DNA of 64,000 bases from Acidimicrobiales bacterium (GTDB lineage Bacteria; Actinomycetota; Acidimicrobiia; Acidimicrobiales; RAAP-2): contig DATMMO010000182.1 of the NCBI GenBank assembly GCA_035569695.1, forward strand, positions 3,284 to 67,283. The letters run 5' to 3'. Made by a program: the position numbers and the translations under genes. Under the pieces are notes generated by a model. It did no database searches. It worked only from the letters and a program-made list of their open reading frames with translations, and was not told the origin of the DNA. Below are positions 26,898 to 35,979 of the stretch, piece after piece; the stretch's first letter is position 1; each line of letters starts with the position of its first letter.

Positions 26898-28357
26898 TGG
26901 GGCGCCGACTTCAACAGCGTCTCGAAGAAGGCCCGGTCATGGAGCAGGGGCACGTCGGACAGGAACATCTTGCCGTAGCGCTCGAAGTACATGAGCTGCT
27001 TCCCCAACAGGAAGGTGCCCCGGTCGAAGTCGGAGTCCGTGCCCCCGGAGGCGTCGGCCAGGCGCCGGAGACGTCGTTGCGCCCGGAGCCGCCCCAGCAC
27101 GGCTCGCAACGAGCGGTTGTTGGCCTCGATGCCCTGAGCCTTGGCCGCCTGCACCTGGGGAGCCTGGATCAAGGTCCCCAACGACACCTCGCCGAACGGG
27201 CGCAGCAGCACCGGCTCGAGGATGCCCCGGATGAACAGGGCCAGGTCCTCGTCCGACAGCCCGAGGCCCTGTTGCATGGCCGGCCCGTAGGTCCGGGTCA
27301 GGTGAGCGGCGATGTCCTCCCAGGCCGACTCGTCACCCAGGGCGGCGGCCAGCATGCGGATGAAGTAGTAGTGGGTCTCGGGGTCGAGGCGCCCGACGAT
27401 GCCCCAGTCGATGATCCCGATCCGACCGTCGCGCAACAACAGCATGTTCCCCGCGTGCACGTCGCCGTGGAAAGCACCCCACCGCACCGTGGTGAGGAAG
27501 AAGGCCCTGACCACTTGTTCGACCAGGGGCCCGGGGTCGACCCCGAAGGCGGCGGCGCCGGCGAGGTCGTCGATGGGCACCCCGTCCAGGAATTCCATGG
27601 TCAAGACGTTGGGCCCGGAGAGGTCGGGGAAGGGTGTCGGCACCACCATCAGGGGCAGGTCGACCTCGTCGAGCAGCAGGGAGAAGGCGGCCAGGGCCCG
27701 GGACTCGTTGCGCAAGTCGAGCTCCTCGCCGATCTGCTCTCGGAACCCGGTGAACATCTGCATCAGGGTGCCCGCGGCCTGGTCCCCGGTCTGTCGGGCC
27801 ACCAGCTCCAACAGGGGCTGAAGGAGGTCCAAGTCGGTGGCCACCACGTAGTCGACGCCGGGGCGCAGGACCTTGACGGCCACGATCCGCCCGTCGTGGA
27901 GCACAGCCTTGTGGACCACGGCGATCGAGGCCTTGCCGATGGGGACGGGGTCGAACCGGGCGAAGGCGTCGCCGAGGGCCATCCCCAGATCCGATTCCAC
28001 GATGTCCCGGACCGTCTCGTAGGGAACCGACGGCCCCGTGTCCAAGCACGTCCGGAACTCGTCGGAGAAGGCCTCGCCGAAGACTCCGGGGGACGACGCC
28101 ACCAGCTGTCCGAACTTCATGTACGTCCCACCCAGGTCCTCAAAGGTGCGGCGGAGGGGCTGGGCCAGGACGGCCAGGGGAAGCGGACCCGACCGGGCGT
28201 GGCGAAGCTGGCGCATGGCCAGTCCGGAGAAGTGGCGGGCGCCCACGGTGGCGATGTGCAGGCTCCGACGGACGAGCTCGCCCGTGGTGGGTTGGGGCAG
28301 TCGACGCGCCTGGACCCGGGGAATCCGGGGATCCGAGGCCGCGACCGTTGGGGACAT
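26894..28357 (-). CDS. ABC1/UbiB (AarF) atypical kinase family protein
   Basis: YMKFGQLVASSPGVF..., SIAVVHKA, HGDVHAGNMLL..IGIIDWG. Start is ATG 28357, with 28423 as an alternative. Confidence 0.85.
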   Translation of the reverse strand: MSPTVAASDPRIPRVQARRLPQPTTGELVRRSLHIATVGARHFSGLAMRQLRHARSGPLPLAVLAQPLRRTFEDLGGTYMKFGQLVASSPGVFGEAFSDEFRTCLDTGPSVPYETVRDIVESDLGMALGDAFARFDPVPIGKASIAVVHKAVLHDGRIVAVKVLRPGVDYVVATDLDLLQPLLELVARQTGDQAAGTLMQMFTGFREQIGEELDLRNESRALAAFSLLLDEVDLPLMVVPTPFPDLSGPNVLTMEFLDGVPIDDLAGAAAFGVDPGPLVEQVVRAFFLTTVRWGAFHGDVHAGNMLLLRDGRIGIIDWGIVGRLDPETHYYFIRMLAAALGDESAWEDIAAHLTRTYGPAMQQGLGLSDEDLALFIRGILEPVLLRPFGEVSLGTLIQAPQVQAAKAQGIEANNRSLRAVLGRLRAQRRLRRLADASGGTDSDFDRGTFLLGKQLMYFERYGKMFLSDVPLLHDRAFFETLLKSAPQ

Positions 28358-28496
28358 GGGCGCCACCCTACGGGCCGCCGGCGCCAACCCCGGTCGATGC
28401 GCTCGGATCGGCGACAAAACCATCCTGGGGGTAACGCCCGAGAGCTAGGGTGACGGCAGATTTCTGTTGGGTATCGGCCGGCCAGAAGGGCACTCC

Positions 28497-30065
28497 ATGC
28501 CAGTTCCGTCTGTTTCTCGACGTGGGTTCATCGGAGGGGGTCTGACCCTCGGGGCCGCGGCGTTGCTCGAGTCGTTCGGCGGATCGTCGCTCATCAGCCA
28601 AGCGGCGGCGACCCAACCGGCCGGCTCCGACCTCGGCGCCATCGAGCACGTGGTCATGCTCATGCTCGAGAACCGGTCCTTCGACCACTACTTCGGCGTC
28701 TACCCCGGCGTGAAGGGGTTCGACGACCATCCCGCCGGCAGCCTCGGCGTGTTCAGCCAGGCCTGGCCCCAGGACCCCAAGCAGCCGACCCACGCCAGCA
28801 AGCTGATCCCCTATCACCTCGACGTGGCCACCACCATGGCCCAGTGCGCGGGGAACTCGGACATCCCCGTCCACGGCTGGGTGCCGCAGCACCGCAGTTG
28901 GAACGGGGGGAAGATGGACAAGTTCGTCAGCGTCCACGCCCAAGCAGGCAACGATGGGCCGGCCCAGGCGCCCATCGTGATGGGGTACCTCGATCGCCAG
29001 GACATGCCGTTTCGCTACGCGTTGGCCGACGCCTTCACCATCGGTGACGCCTACCACTGCTCGGTGATCGGACCGACGATGCCCAACCGGGTCATGTGGC
29101 TGACCGGCACCCTCGACCCGTCCGGCTCACACGGCGGTCCGGTCCTGACCACCCCGTCGATAAGCCAGTCGCCGCAGGCGGTGGGCAGTTGCAGTTGGGA
29201 GACGGTCCCCGAGTTGCTGGAGGACAAGGGCGTGAGCTGGAAGGTGTACCAGCCCGTCAACGGCTCGGTCGGCGCCCTGGAAAAGGACAACCTGGCTATC
29301 GGGTTCAATGCCCTCTTGTACTTCAAGCAGCTCTTGACCGAGGGGACGTCCCTCTACAACAAGGCCTTTCTCCCGGTGTGGCCGGACGAGTTCGCCGCCG
29401 ATGTCACCAACGGCACGCTGCCCGAGGTGAGCTGGATCACCCCGACCATCGTCGACTCCGAGCACCCGTCGGCCGCGCCCCTCAACGGCGAGTTCATGAT
29501 CAGTCAGGTGCTCTCGGCCCTGACCGCCAACCCGGAGGTGTGGGCCAAGACCGCCCTCATCGTCTCCTACGACGAGAACGGCGGCTTCTTCGACCACGTC
29601 GCCCCGCCGACCGCACCCAAGGGGACCAAGGGCGAGTACGTGACCGCCAGTCCCCTCCCCACCGCGGCCGGAGGTATCGCCGGGCCGATCGGGCTGGGCT
29701 TCCGCGTGCCACTGCTGGTGGTGTCGCCGTTCAGTCGCGGCGGCTACGTGAACTCGGAGCGGTTCGACCACACGTCCCAGCTGCGGCTCCTGGAGGAGCG
29801 ATTCGACATCAAGGTCGACAACATCTCGGCCTGGCGGCGCAAGACGGTCGGTGACCTCACCTCCACCCTCAACGTGAAGGGCAAGCCCAATACCTCTGTC
29901 CCACCCATGCCGGCCACCGCCCAAGGCGGGGCGGTGGTCACCGCCGAGTGCCCCGACAACCAGAACCCTGCATCGCTCCTCGGGCCCGCACCCACCCTGA
30001 CCATTCCGGCCACGCTGACCATGCCCACCCAGCAGTCGGGCAAGGCCAAACGGCAAAAGGTCTGA
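28497..30065 (+). CDS. Tat-secreted phosphoesterase family protein (phospholipase C / AcpA-like)
   Basis: Twin-arginine signal SRRGFIGGGLTLGAAALL. IEHVVMLMLENRSFDHYFG phosphoesterase signature. Confidence 0.85.
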   Translation: MPVPSVSRRGFIGGGLTLGAAALLESFGGSSLISQAAATQPAGSDLGAIEHVVMLMLENRSFDHYFGVYPGVKGFDDHPAGSLGVFSQAWPQDPKQPTHASKLIPYHLDVATTMAQCAGNSDIPVHGWVPQHRSWNGGKMDKFVSVHAQAGNDGPAQAPIVMGYLDRQDMPFRYALADAFTIGDAYHCSVIGPTMPNRVMWLTGTLDPSGSHGGPVLTTPSISQSPQAVGSCSWETVPELLEDKGVSWKVYQPVNGSVGALEKDNLAIGFNALLYFKQLLTEGTSLYNKAFLPVWPDEFAADVTNGTLPEVSWITPTIVDSEHPSAAPLNGEFMISQVLSALTANPEVWAKTALIVSYDENGGFFDHVAPPTAPKGTKGEYVTASPLPTAAGGIAGPIGLGFRVPLLVVSPFSRGGYVNSERFDHTSQLRLLEERFDIKVDNISAWRRKTVGDLTSTLNVKGKPNTSVPPMPATAQGGAVVTAECPDNQNPASLLGPAPTLTIPATLTMPTQQSGKAKRQKV

Positions 30066-30073
30066 ACCCGGCG

Positions 30074-31069
30074 GTGGCGGTGACACCAGGTCCCGCACCC
30101 TGGCCCAACGAGCTGGCCGAGGTCTTCGCCACCGCGGTGACCGCCGAGTACGCCGGACTGACCCGCCTAGGGACTCCGGTGACCGTCCCCACCACCCCCT
30201 ACGTCGGCCAGGGGACACTCGACGTCTCCACCGGCCTGACCTACCCGACCAAGGCAGAACGGGCCCGGCGCAACCCCAAAGTGGCGCTGCTGTTCGCCGA
30301 TCCGGTGGGCTCCTCCGTCGATCGCCCCCCGGTGGTGGCCGTGCAGGGACTGGCCGCCGTCAGGGATGGCGACCTCCAGGCCAACGCCGACCGGTACGTC
30401 AGAGAGTCGGCGGCCAAGCTGCCGGCCGCGACCAAGGGCCAGCCCCGGTTCGTCCTCCGCAAGATGGCCTGGTACTACGCCCGGATCTGGGTGGAGGTCA
30501 CCCCGGTCCGCATCCTGTGGTGGCCCGACCGTGATCTGAGCTCGGCCCCCCGCCAGTGGACGCAGCCGGGGGACGCCGTGGCCCCGGCGTCGGATCCCTC
30601 ACCGGGGGGCCACCCCCCGCCGGCCTGGACCGACCCGCCCCCGTCGTGGCGCGAAGTGGCCTCGTTCGCATTGGCCTCGCTCCCCTGGCGTGACCTGACC
30701 GTGGTGGACGGCAAGGGGTACCCGCTGTGCCTGCCCGTGGCCCGGGTGGAGGCCGATCCCGCCGGGTTCAAGCTGCACCTGGGCGACGGTGCTCCCGCCC
30801 TCGCCGGCGGACCGGCGTGCATCACCTTCCACGATCATGCCGCCACGTTCACCGGCCAGCAGAACCGGACCTTCGTCGGCCGCCTCTCCCCCGACGATGC
30901 CACCTTGGTGGTGGAGCGGGCCCTGGCCCACTGGAGCCTGGCCGGAGGTCGGGCCGGTGTGGCGGCAGGATTTCTCTCCAGCGGGTGGCGGCTGCGAGGG
31001 CGTCTCCGGGCCGAGGCGGCTCGGCGCGGGCAACCGGTACCCGCCGTCCGTTTTCCGGGCGAGTACTGA
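30074..31069 (+). CDS. Pyridoxamine-5'-phosphate-oxidase-like (split-barrel) family protein, two-domain
   Basis: Only the part downstream of the phosphoesterase stop is plausible (GTG 30074 or 30080). ...RRNPKVALLFADP...VAVQGLA... is a PPOX-like pattern. Confidence 0.55.
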   Translation: MAVTPGPAPWPNELAEVFATAVTAEYAGLTRLGTPVTVPTTPYVGQGTLDVSTGLTYPTKAERARRNPKVALLFADPVGSSVDRPPVVAVQGLAAVRDGDLQANADRYVRESAAKLPAATKGQPRFVLRKMAWYYARIWVEVTPVRILWWPDRDLSSAPRQWTQPGDAVAPASDPSPGGHPPPAWTDPPPSWREVASFALASLPWRDLTVVDGKGYPLCLPVARVEADPAGFKLHLGDGAPALAGGPACITFHDHAATFTGQQNRTFVGRLSPDDATLVVERALAHWSLAGGRAGVAAGFLSSGWRLRGRLRAEAARRGQPVPAVRFPGEY

Positions 31070-31206
31070 AGCCGCTCCCCGCTCGCCGATCACCTCTCCT
31101 CTTTACTCCTCAGTTCCTCCCGGCATGCCGCTCTCGTCCTCCACGGCGAGGACCGGTACGCTCGAGCCCGTGCACCGGCCGGGTGCACCGGGACGAAGGG
31201 GAGGCC

Positions 31207-31698
31207 ATGACCGAGCACATGGGGCACGGCGTCAAACAGAGGGACCTGATCAGGATGACGCCGGAGGAAGTCGATGCCTTCATCCATGAGCGTCGGCCCA
31301 TGACCATGTGCTCGATCAACCACGACGGCTCCATCCACGCCGTGGCCATGTGGTACGGCTTCCTGGACGGAGCGGTGGCCGTCGAGACCAAGGCCAAGGC
31401 CCAAAAGGCCCAGAACCTGCAGCGGGATCCCAGGCTCACCTGCATGTTCGAGGACGGCGAGTACTACGAGGAGCTGCGGGGGGTGGAGCTGGTGGGCCGG
31501 GCCGAGGTGATCGACGATCCCGAGCGCATGTTCGAGCTCGGGGTCAGCGTGTTCGAGCGCTACTACAACCCCTACACCGAAGAGCTGCGTCCCTTCGTCG
31601 AGACCATGCTGCACAAGCGAGTGGTGATCAAGCTGCATGTGGATCGCGTGGTGTCGTGGGATCACCGCAAGCTGGGTATGCCGTCCACGCGACCCTGA
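31207..31698 (+). CDS. PPOX-class (probably F420/FMN-dependent) split-barrel protein
   Basis: The 3' 163 codons of the ORF. MTPEEVDAFIHERRPMTMCSINHDGSIHAVAMWY...QRDPRLTCMFE. Confidence 0.7.
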   Translation: MTEHMGHGVKQRDLIRMTPEEVDAFIHERRPMTMCSINHDGSIHAVAMWYGFLDGAVAVETKAKAQKAQNLQRDPRLTCMFEDGEYYEELRGVELVGRAEVIDDPERMFELGVSVFERYYNPYTEELRPFVETMLHKRVVIKLHVDRVVSWDHRKLGMPSTRP

Positions 31699-31744
31699 AC
31701 CCGACCGGCCCCCACGGGGTGTTGCTCGGAGCCGAGGAGGAACC

Positions 31745-32200
31745 GTGCCCTACCATTCGATGAGCGACGACGAGGTCCGGGCTTTCCTGACCAGTGACCC
31801 ACCTCACACCGGGACGTTGGCCACGGTCCGGTCCGATGGCCGCCCCCACGTGGCCCCGATCTGGTTTGCCTTCGACCCCGCCGGCACCGGAGACGGCCTC
31901 GGCGACATCGTCTTCAACACCGGCAAGGACACGGTGAAAGGGAGGACGCTTCGCCGCGATCCCCGCGTGTCGCTGTGTGTCGACGACGAGGCTCCACCCT
32001 TTTCCTTCGTCACGGTAGAAGGGACAGTGACCATCAGCGAGGACCTCGACGAGCTCCGTCACTGGGCCGCGATCATCGGGGGCCGGTACATGGGGGCCGA
32101 CCGGGCCGAGGAGTACGGCACCCGAAATGGTGTGGCCGGTGAGCTCGTGGTCCGCCTGCGCCCGACCCACATCGTCTCGGCCGCAGACCTGGCCGAATAG
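31745..32200 (+). CDS. PPOX-class F420-dependent-type split-barrel protein
   Basis: GTLATVRSDGRPHVAPIWF...RRDPRVSLCVDDE..PFSFVTVEGT. GAGGAGGAA Shine-Dalgarno before GTG 31745, with ATG 31760 as an alternative. Confidence 0.7.
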   Translation: MPYHSMSDDEVRAFLTSDPPHTGTLATVRSDGRPHVAPIWFAFDPAGTGDGLGDIVFNTGKDTVKGRTLRRDPRVSLCVDDEAPPFSFVTVEGTVTISEDLDELRHWAAIIGGRYMGADRAEEYGTRNGVAGELVVRLRPTHIVSAADLAE

Positions 32201-32276
32201 TCCACGCCACCCAGGGCCGGCGTGGCGCCACGGTGTCTGGTGCTGGTAGACGTGTGCCAACAGAAGGGGGCTCATC

Positions 32277-33065
32277 ATGATCTTGGACCGATTTCGACTG
32301 ACCGACCGCGTGGGCATCGTGACCGGTGCCGGACGAGGCATCGGCGCCGCCAGCGCATTGGCCCTGGCCGAGGCGGGCGCCGACGTGGTGATCGCGGCCC
32401 GCAGCGAGGACCAGCTGGCCGAGGTGGCCTCCCGGGTGGAGGCAGCCGGTCGCCGAGCGGTGGTCGTCGTGGCCGACTTGAACGACCTCGATGCCGTGGC
32501 CGCCCTGGTCGACTCGGCCCGTGAGGCGTTCGGTCGGCTCGACATCGTGGTCAACAACGTCGGCGGCTCGATGCCCCAGGCCTTCGCCCAGACGTCGCCG
32601 GCCATCATGGAAGCGGCGTTCCATTTCAACGTGGCCACCGCCCACGCCCTCCTGGGGCCGGCCGTGCCCCTCATGCTCGAGGGCGGTGGCGGCTCGGCCG
32701 TCAACATCTCCTCGGTCGTGGGTCGCATCGCCGGCCGGGGCTTTGCCGCCTACGGCACGGCCAAGGCGGCATTGGCTCACTACACCCGCCTGGCCGCAGC
32801 CGACCTCTCCCCGCGGATCCGGGTGAACGCCATCGGGGTGGGCTCAGTGGCCACCTCGGCCCTCGAGATCGTGACCCAGACCCCCGAGTTGCGTACGGCC
32901 ATGGAGGAGGCGACACCATTGCGCCGCATCGGCGATCCCGAGGACATCGCCGCCGCCGTCGTCTACCTCAGCTCACCGGCGGGCTCGTTCATCACCGGCA
33001 AGGTCCTCGAGGTCGACGGTGGGCTCCAGGTCACCAATTTGGACATGGGGCTTCCCGACCTGTAG
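32277..33065 (+). CDS. SDR family oxidoreductase (FabG-like)
   Basis: [19 protein letters not shown]. Confidence 0.85.
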   Translation: MILDRFRLTDRVGIVTGAGRGIGAASALALAEAGADVVIAARSEDQLAEVASRVEAAGRRAVVVVADLNDLDAVAALVDSAREAFGRLDIVVNNVGGSMPQAFAQTSPAIMEAAFHFNVATAHALLGPAVPLMLEGGGGSAVNISSVVGRIAGRGFAAYGTAKAALAHYTRLAAADLSPRIRVNAIGVGSVATSALEIVTQTPELRTAMEEATPLRRIGDPEDIAAAVVYLSSPAGSFITGKVLEVDGGLQVTNLDMGLPDL

Positions 33066-33344
33066 GGCTCGCCCTGGGCAGCGGCGATCGCCCCCAGGAT
33101 CGGCCTCGCTTGGCCCTGCCGCATCAAAGATCCAGACACAAACTGCATCACCACCGTGCCCATCACCATCAACCAGCCAGAGCGGCTCGGCGCATTGTTG
33201 AAGCTCCAACTACTCCCAACATGCCCGGAGGATGCCGGCGGCCACATTCGATCTGCTCGGCAGTAGCGACTTGCCTGTGCAGCCGGCTTGGATGACGAAA
33301 CACAACGGTATGGCAGGACCGCTTGCGAGTAGGGTGAGGCCGAA

Positions 33345-34103
33345 ATGCAACGTTCTGCCCGCATGCCCAATGCCAGTCGCCGTGGAAGCCAAGAGACGTC
33401 GAAAGCGACAGACACTCCGCGCCGCGGAACCGGGAGGACCGAGCGTGGCCGGCACTCCCGCCAGCAACTCGTCCGTGCGGCCCGCGTTGTCTTCGAACGG
33501 GACGGATTCCTTCATGCCCGCATCGCAGATATTTGCGATGAAGCGACGATGTCGCATGGCAGCTTTTACACCTACTTCGTCTCGAAAGAAGAAGTCTTTC
33601 AAGAGGTCGTCGACACGGTGGAGATCGACCTCCTGCCGATCGAACCAGTACCCGAAGAGACGGATCCCATAGAGAGGATCCGAGCGGCCAATCGGCACTA
33701 CCTCGAGACGTACCTGGACAACGCAAAAATTCTACAAGTCATCCAACAAGTGGCGACCTTCGACCCCGAGGTGCGCCAGACCCGCGTCCAGCGCCAGGAC
33801 GCATTTGCTCATGCCGTCGAGCGCCGCATACGGGAGTACCAAAAGCAGAGTCTCTCCAGTGTTGATCTCGATCCCTGGCTTGCTGCCAATGCCCTGGGGG
33901 GCATGGTCGCGTTCGTGGCTGACCAGTTGGCGTCCCGGGACGAGCCGACCGACCTGGATTTTGCCGTAGAACAACTCACGCTGCTGTGGGCGAATGCCAT
34001 TGGCCTACCCCTGCCGCCCAAGGCACCTGTGATCAAACCGAAGGCCACTCGCCGAGCCCTACCGGCCAAGAAGCGGGCTCCCGCGGCCAAGAAGTCCGCC
34101 TAG
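33345..34103 (+). CDS. TetR family transcriptional regulator with a basic Pro/Ala/Lys C-terminal tail
   Basis: HTH region LVRAARVVFERDGFLHARIADICDEATMSHGSFYTYFVSKEEVF. Tail PLPPKAPVIKPKATRRALPAKKRAPAAKKSA. The start may be a downstream Met. Confidence 0.85.
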   Translation: MQRSARMPNASRRGSQETSKATDTPRRGTGRTERGRHSRQQLVRAARVVFERDGFLHARIADICDEATMSHGSFYTYFVSKEEVFQEVVDTVEIDLLPIEPVPEETDPIERIRAANRHYLETYLDNAKILQVIQQVATFDPEVRQTRVQRQDAFAHAVERRIREYQKQSLSSVDLDPWLAANALGGMVAFVADQLASRDEPTDLDFAVEQLTLLWANAIGLPLPPKAPVIKPKATRRALPAKKRAPAAKKSA

Positions 34104-34148
34104 CCAGCCACCGCGGTTCCATATGCCCATCGGGTCTCCCGTTCCCAA

Positions 34149-35180
34149 TCACGATCGAGGAGCCACTGCGGCCGCGGCACGCAGATAGGGCCAGGCGCGC
34201 TCGGGAGGCAGGCCTCCGCACAGGGGCTCGAGGGGGAGCACCTGTCCCGAGGAGACCAGGTCGGTCGCTTCAGCCGAGGTATAGATCCGGTAGCAGCGCT
34301 GTTCGGCCCGGAGATCCTCGACGGTATCGGCCTCGGACAGCGAGGCGATGCCGCTCTTGCCTGCCACTCGGTTCCACTCCCGGTAGAGGCGGATCTCGTT
34401 CAACATTCGAGGGCCCAACTCGTCCCACGCGGCATCAAGATCATCGGAGACGAATACCGTCGTGGCCGTGCCCGGATCAGCGAGCTGACAACCTGGTGCA
34501 TCCACCTCCAACCGGGCGGCCTCGTCCTCGTAGGCCTGACGCAGATGGTCTCCGCCCGCCTCGGCCAGGAACAAGAGGCCGTGGCGGGCCGCCCGCCGGG
34601 CCGCGGCCAATGAATGGCCTCCGTAACCCAGAGAAGGTCCACTGGATGCGGCTGGAGTCGGCGTGACCCGGATGGTCCCCCGTGTGGGATGGTCGAAGGG
34701 CTCTCCCGTCCACGCACTCCTCAGTGTTACCAGTAGCTCTTCCATCTGCTCTGCCCGGGTGTCAGGGTCGACCCCGAAGAGCCGGTACTCCTCGTCCCGG
34801 TAGCCCATGCCCAGGATGCACATCACCCGTCCGGCACTCACGTGGTCCAGCACAGCCAAGTCCTCGGCTAAGCGAACGGGGTCGTAAAGAAGACCGAGCA
34901 GGGCGGCAACGACGATGACGGTGGATTGGGTTCGGGCGGCCATCGCCGATGCCAGGATCAAAGGCGAGGGCAGGTAGCCGTCGGGGGATGCGTGATGTTC
35001 GGAGATAGACACAGCGAGGTTGCCGTTCCCCTCGCCCCAGGCCACCATGTCGATGGCCGCCTGATAGGCCGCGGTTCGGGCCACAGCCTCCTCTGCCGGT
35101 GACCGGCCTTCATCGGGGGTTCGCATCGAAAATCGGAGCTGGTACACGGCCCTCCTCGGGTCAAACGGCACGCGCCACAT
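34149..35180 (-). CDS. LLM-class (luciferase-like) flavin/F420-dependent oxidoreductase
   Basis: The 3' 343 codons of the ORF. YQLRFSMRTP...LAVSISEHHASPDGYLPSP...ILGMGYRDEEY. Confidence 0.75.
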   Translation of the reverse strand: MWRVPFDPRRAVYQLRFSMRTPDEGRSPAEEAVARTAAYQAAIDMVAWGEGNGNLAVSISEHHASPDGYLPSPLILASAMAARTQSTVIVVAALLGLLYDPVRLAEDLAVLDHVSAGRVMCILGMGYRDEEYRLFGVDPDTRAEQMEELLVTLRSAWTGEPFDHPTRGTIRVTPTPAASSGPSLGYGGHSLAAARRAARHGLLFLAEAGGDHLRQAYEDEAARLEVDAPGCQLADPGTATTVFVSDDLDAAWDELGPRMLNEIRLYREWNRVAGKSGIASLSEADTVEDLRAEQRCYRIYTSAEATDLVSSGQVLPLEPLCGGLPPERAWPYLRAAAAVAPRS

Positions 35181-35286
35181 CACATCGTTGGGGTAAAGGC
35201 GTGACGATACTGCCGCAGGCATCCTTCCGAAACTGAAGTCGAGGTCAGCTACCATCGTCCGAACGGAAACAGATCGGAGCCCGGAC

Positions 35287-35817
35287 ATGGAAGCTGGAGT
35301 GAGCGTCTTCCCAGGCCGGATCCGCCAGTTTGGTTTCGTCGTCGGCGACATTGACGCCGCCATCGCCCAGTGGGTGGCTCTGGGCGTCGCCCCGTGGCTG
35401 GTCATACGGGACCTGGCCATGGAAGGTTGCCAGTATCGAGGAGCGCTCTCGGAGCCGGTAATCTCGATGGCGTTGGCCAATTCGGGCGACATGCAGATCG
35501 AGCTCATCCAGCAACATGACGAGACCCCCAGCATCTATCAGGAGTTCATGACGGCCACGGGTGGCGGCCTCAACCAAGTGGCTTACTGGGTCGAGGATCT
35601 CGACGCCGTTCGAGCCGACGCCGTGGCCGCGGGATGGACCGAAGTCTGGCGCGCTCCCGAAGACAGCCCGACGGGGTTCTCCTACCTCGAACACCCGGAC
35701 GCTCCCCTGGCCATCGTGGAGCTGATGGAACTCAACGACGGAACTCGCGCCATGGGGTCAGCTATCCAAGCGGCGGCCGAAGCATGGACTCCCGGACAAC
35801 CGGTATTTCTGGGCTGA
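35287..35817 (+). CDS. VOC (glyoxalase/bleomycin-resistance/dioxygenase) family protein
   Basis: IRQFGFVVGDIDAAIAQW...MQIELIQ...LNQVAYWVEDLDA pattern. Confidence 0.75.
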   Translation: MEAGVSVFPGRIRQFGFVVGDIDAAIAQWVALGVAPWLVIRDLAMEGCQYRGALSEPVISMALANSGDMQIELIQQHDETPSIYQEFMTATGGGLNQVAYWVEDLDAVRADAVAAGWTEVWRAPEDSPTGFSYLEHPDAPLAIVELMELNDGTRAMGSAIQAAAEAWTPGQPVFLG

Positions 35818-35914
35818 ACGAGCCCTGCGCCGACAGCCACAGCCGACTCCCACCAGTGGCACGGCCGACCGGTGGACAGGCGGCAATGATGACATTATGG
35901 TGACAATCGCCGAG

Positions 35915-35963
35915 TAAATTCGCGTTGATGTCAAAATTGGATCCGTCACCCCGGGGGGGCTGA
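35915..35963 (+). promoter_or_regulatory. AT-rich promoter islet: -10-like TAAATT, then G-ATG-TCA-AAA micro-ORF (MSKLDPSPRGG*)
   Basis: Read directly. Contains the near-palindrome TTGATGTCAA (35925-35934). It is upstream of the orphan substrate-binding protein gene. Confidence 0.3.
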
Positions 35964-35979
35964 GGGTAGAGGGCTCGCC

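Noticed and set aside
33066-33344. A 279-bp non-coding gap upstream of the first TetR gene, as a possible sRNA or small-ORF locus
   Set aside because: Apart from a CCTGGG-N14-CCCAGG hairpin right after the SDR stop, I found no conserved-looking structure, promoter-plus-terminator pair or convincing small ORF. The ORFs in the track here are antisense artefacts of the TetR gene.
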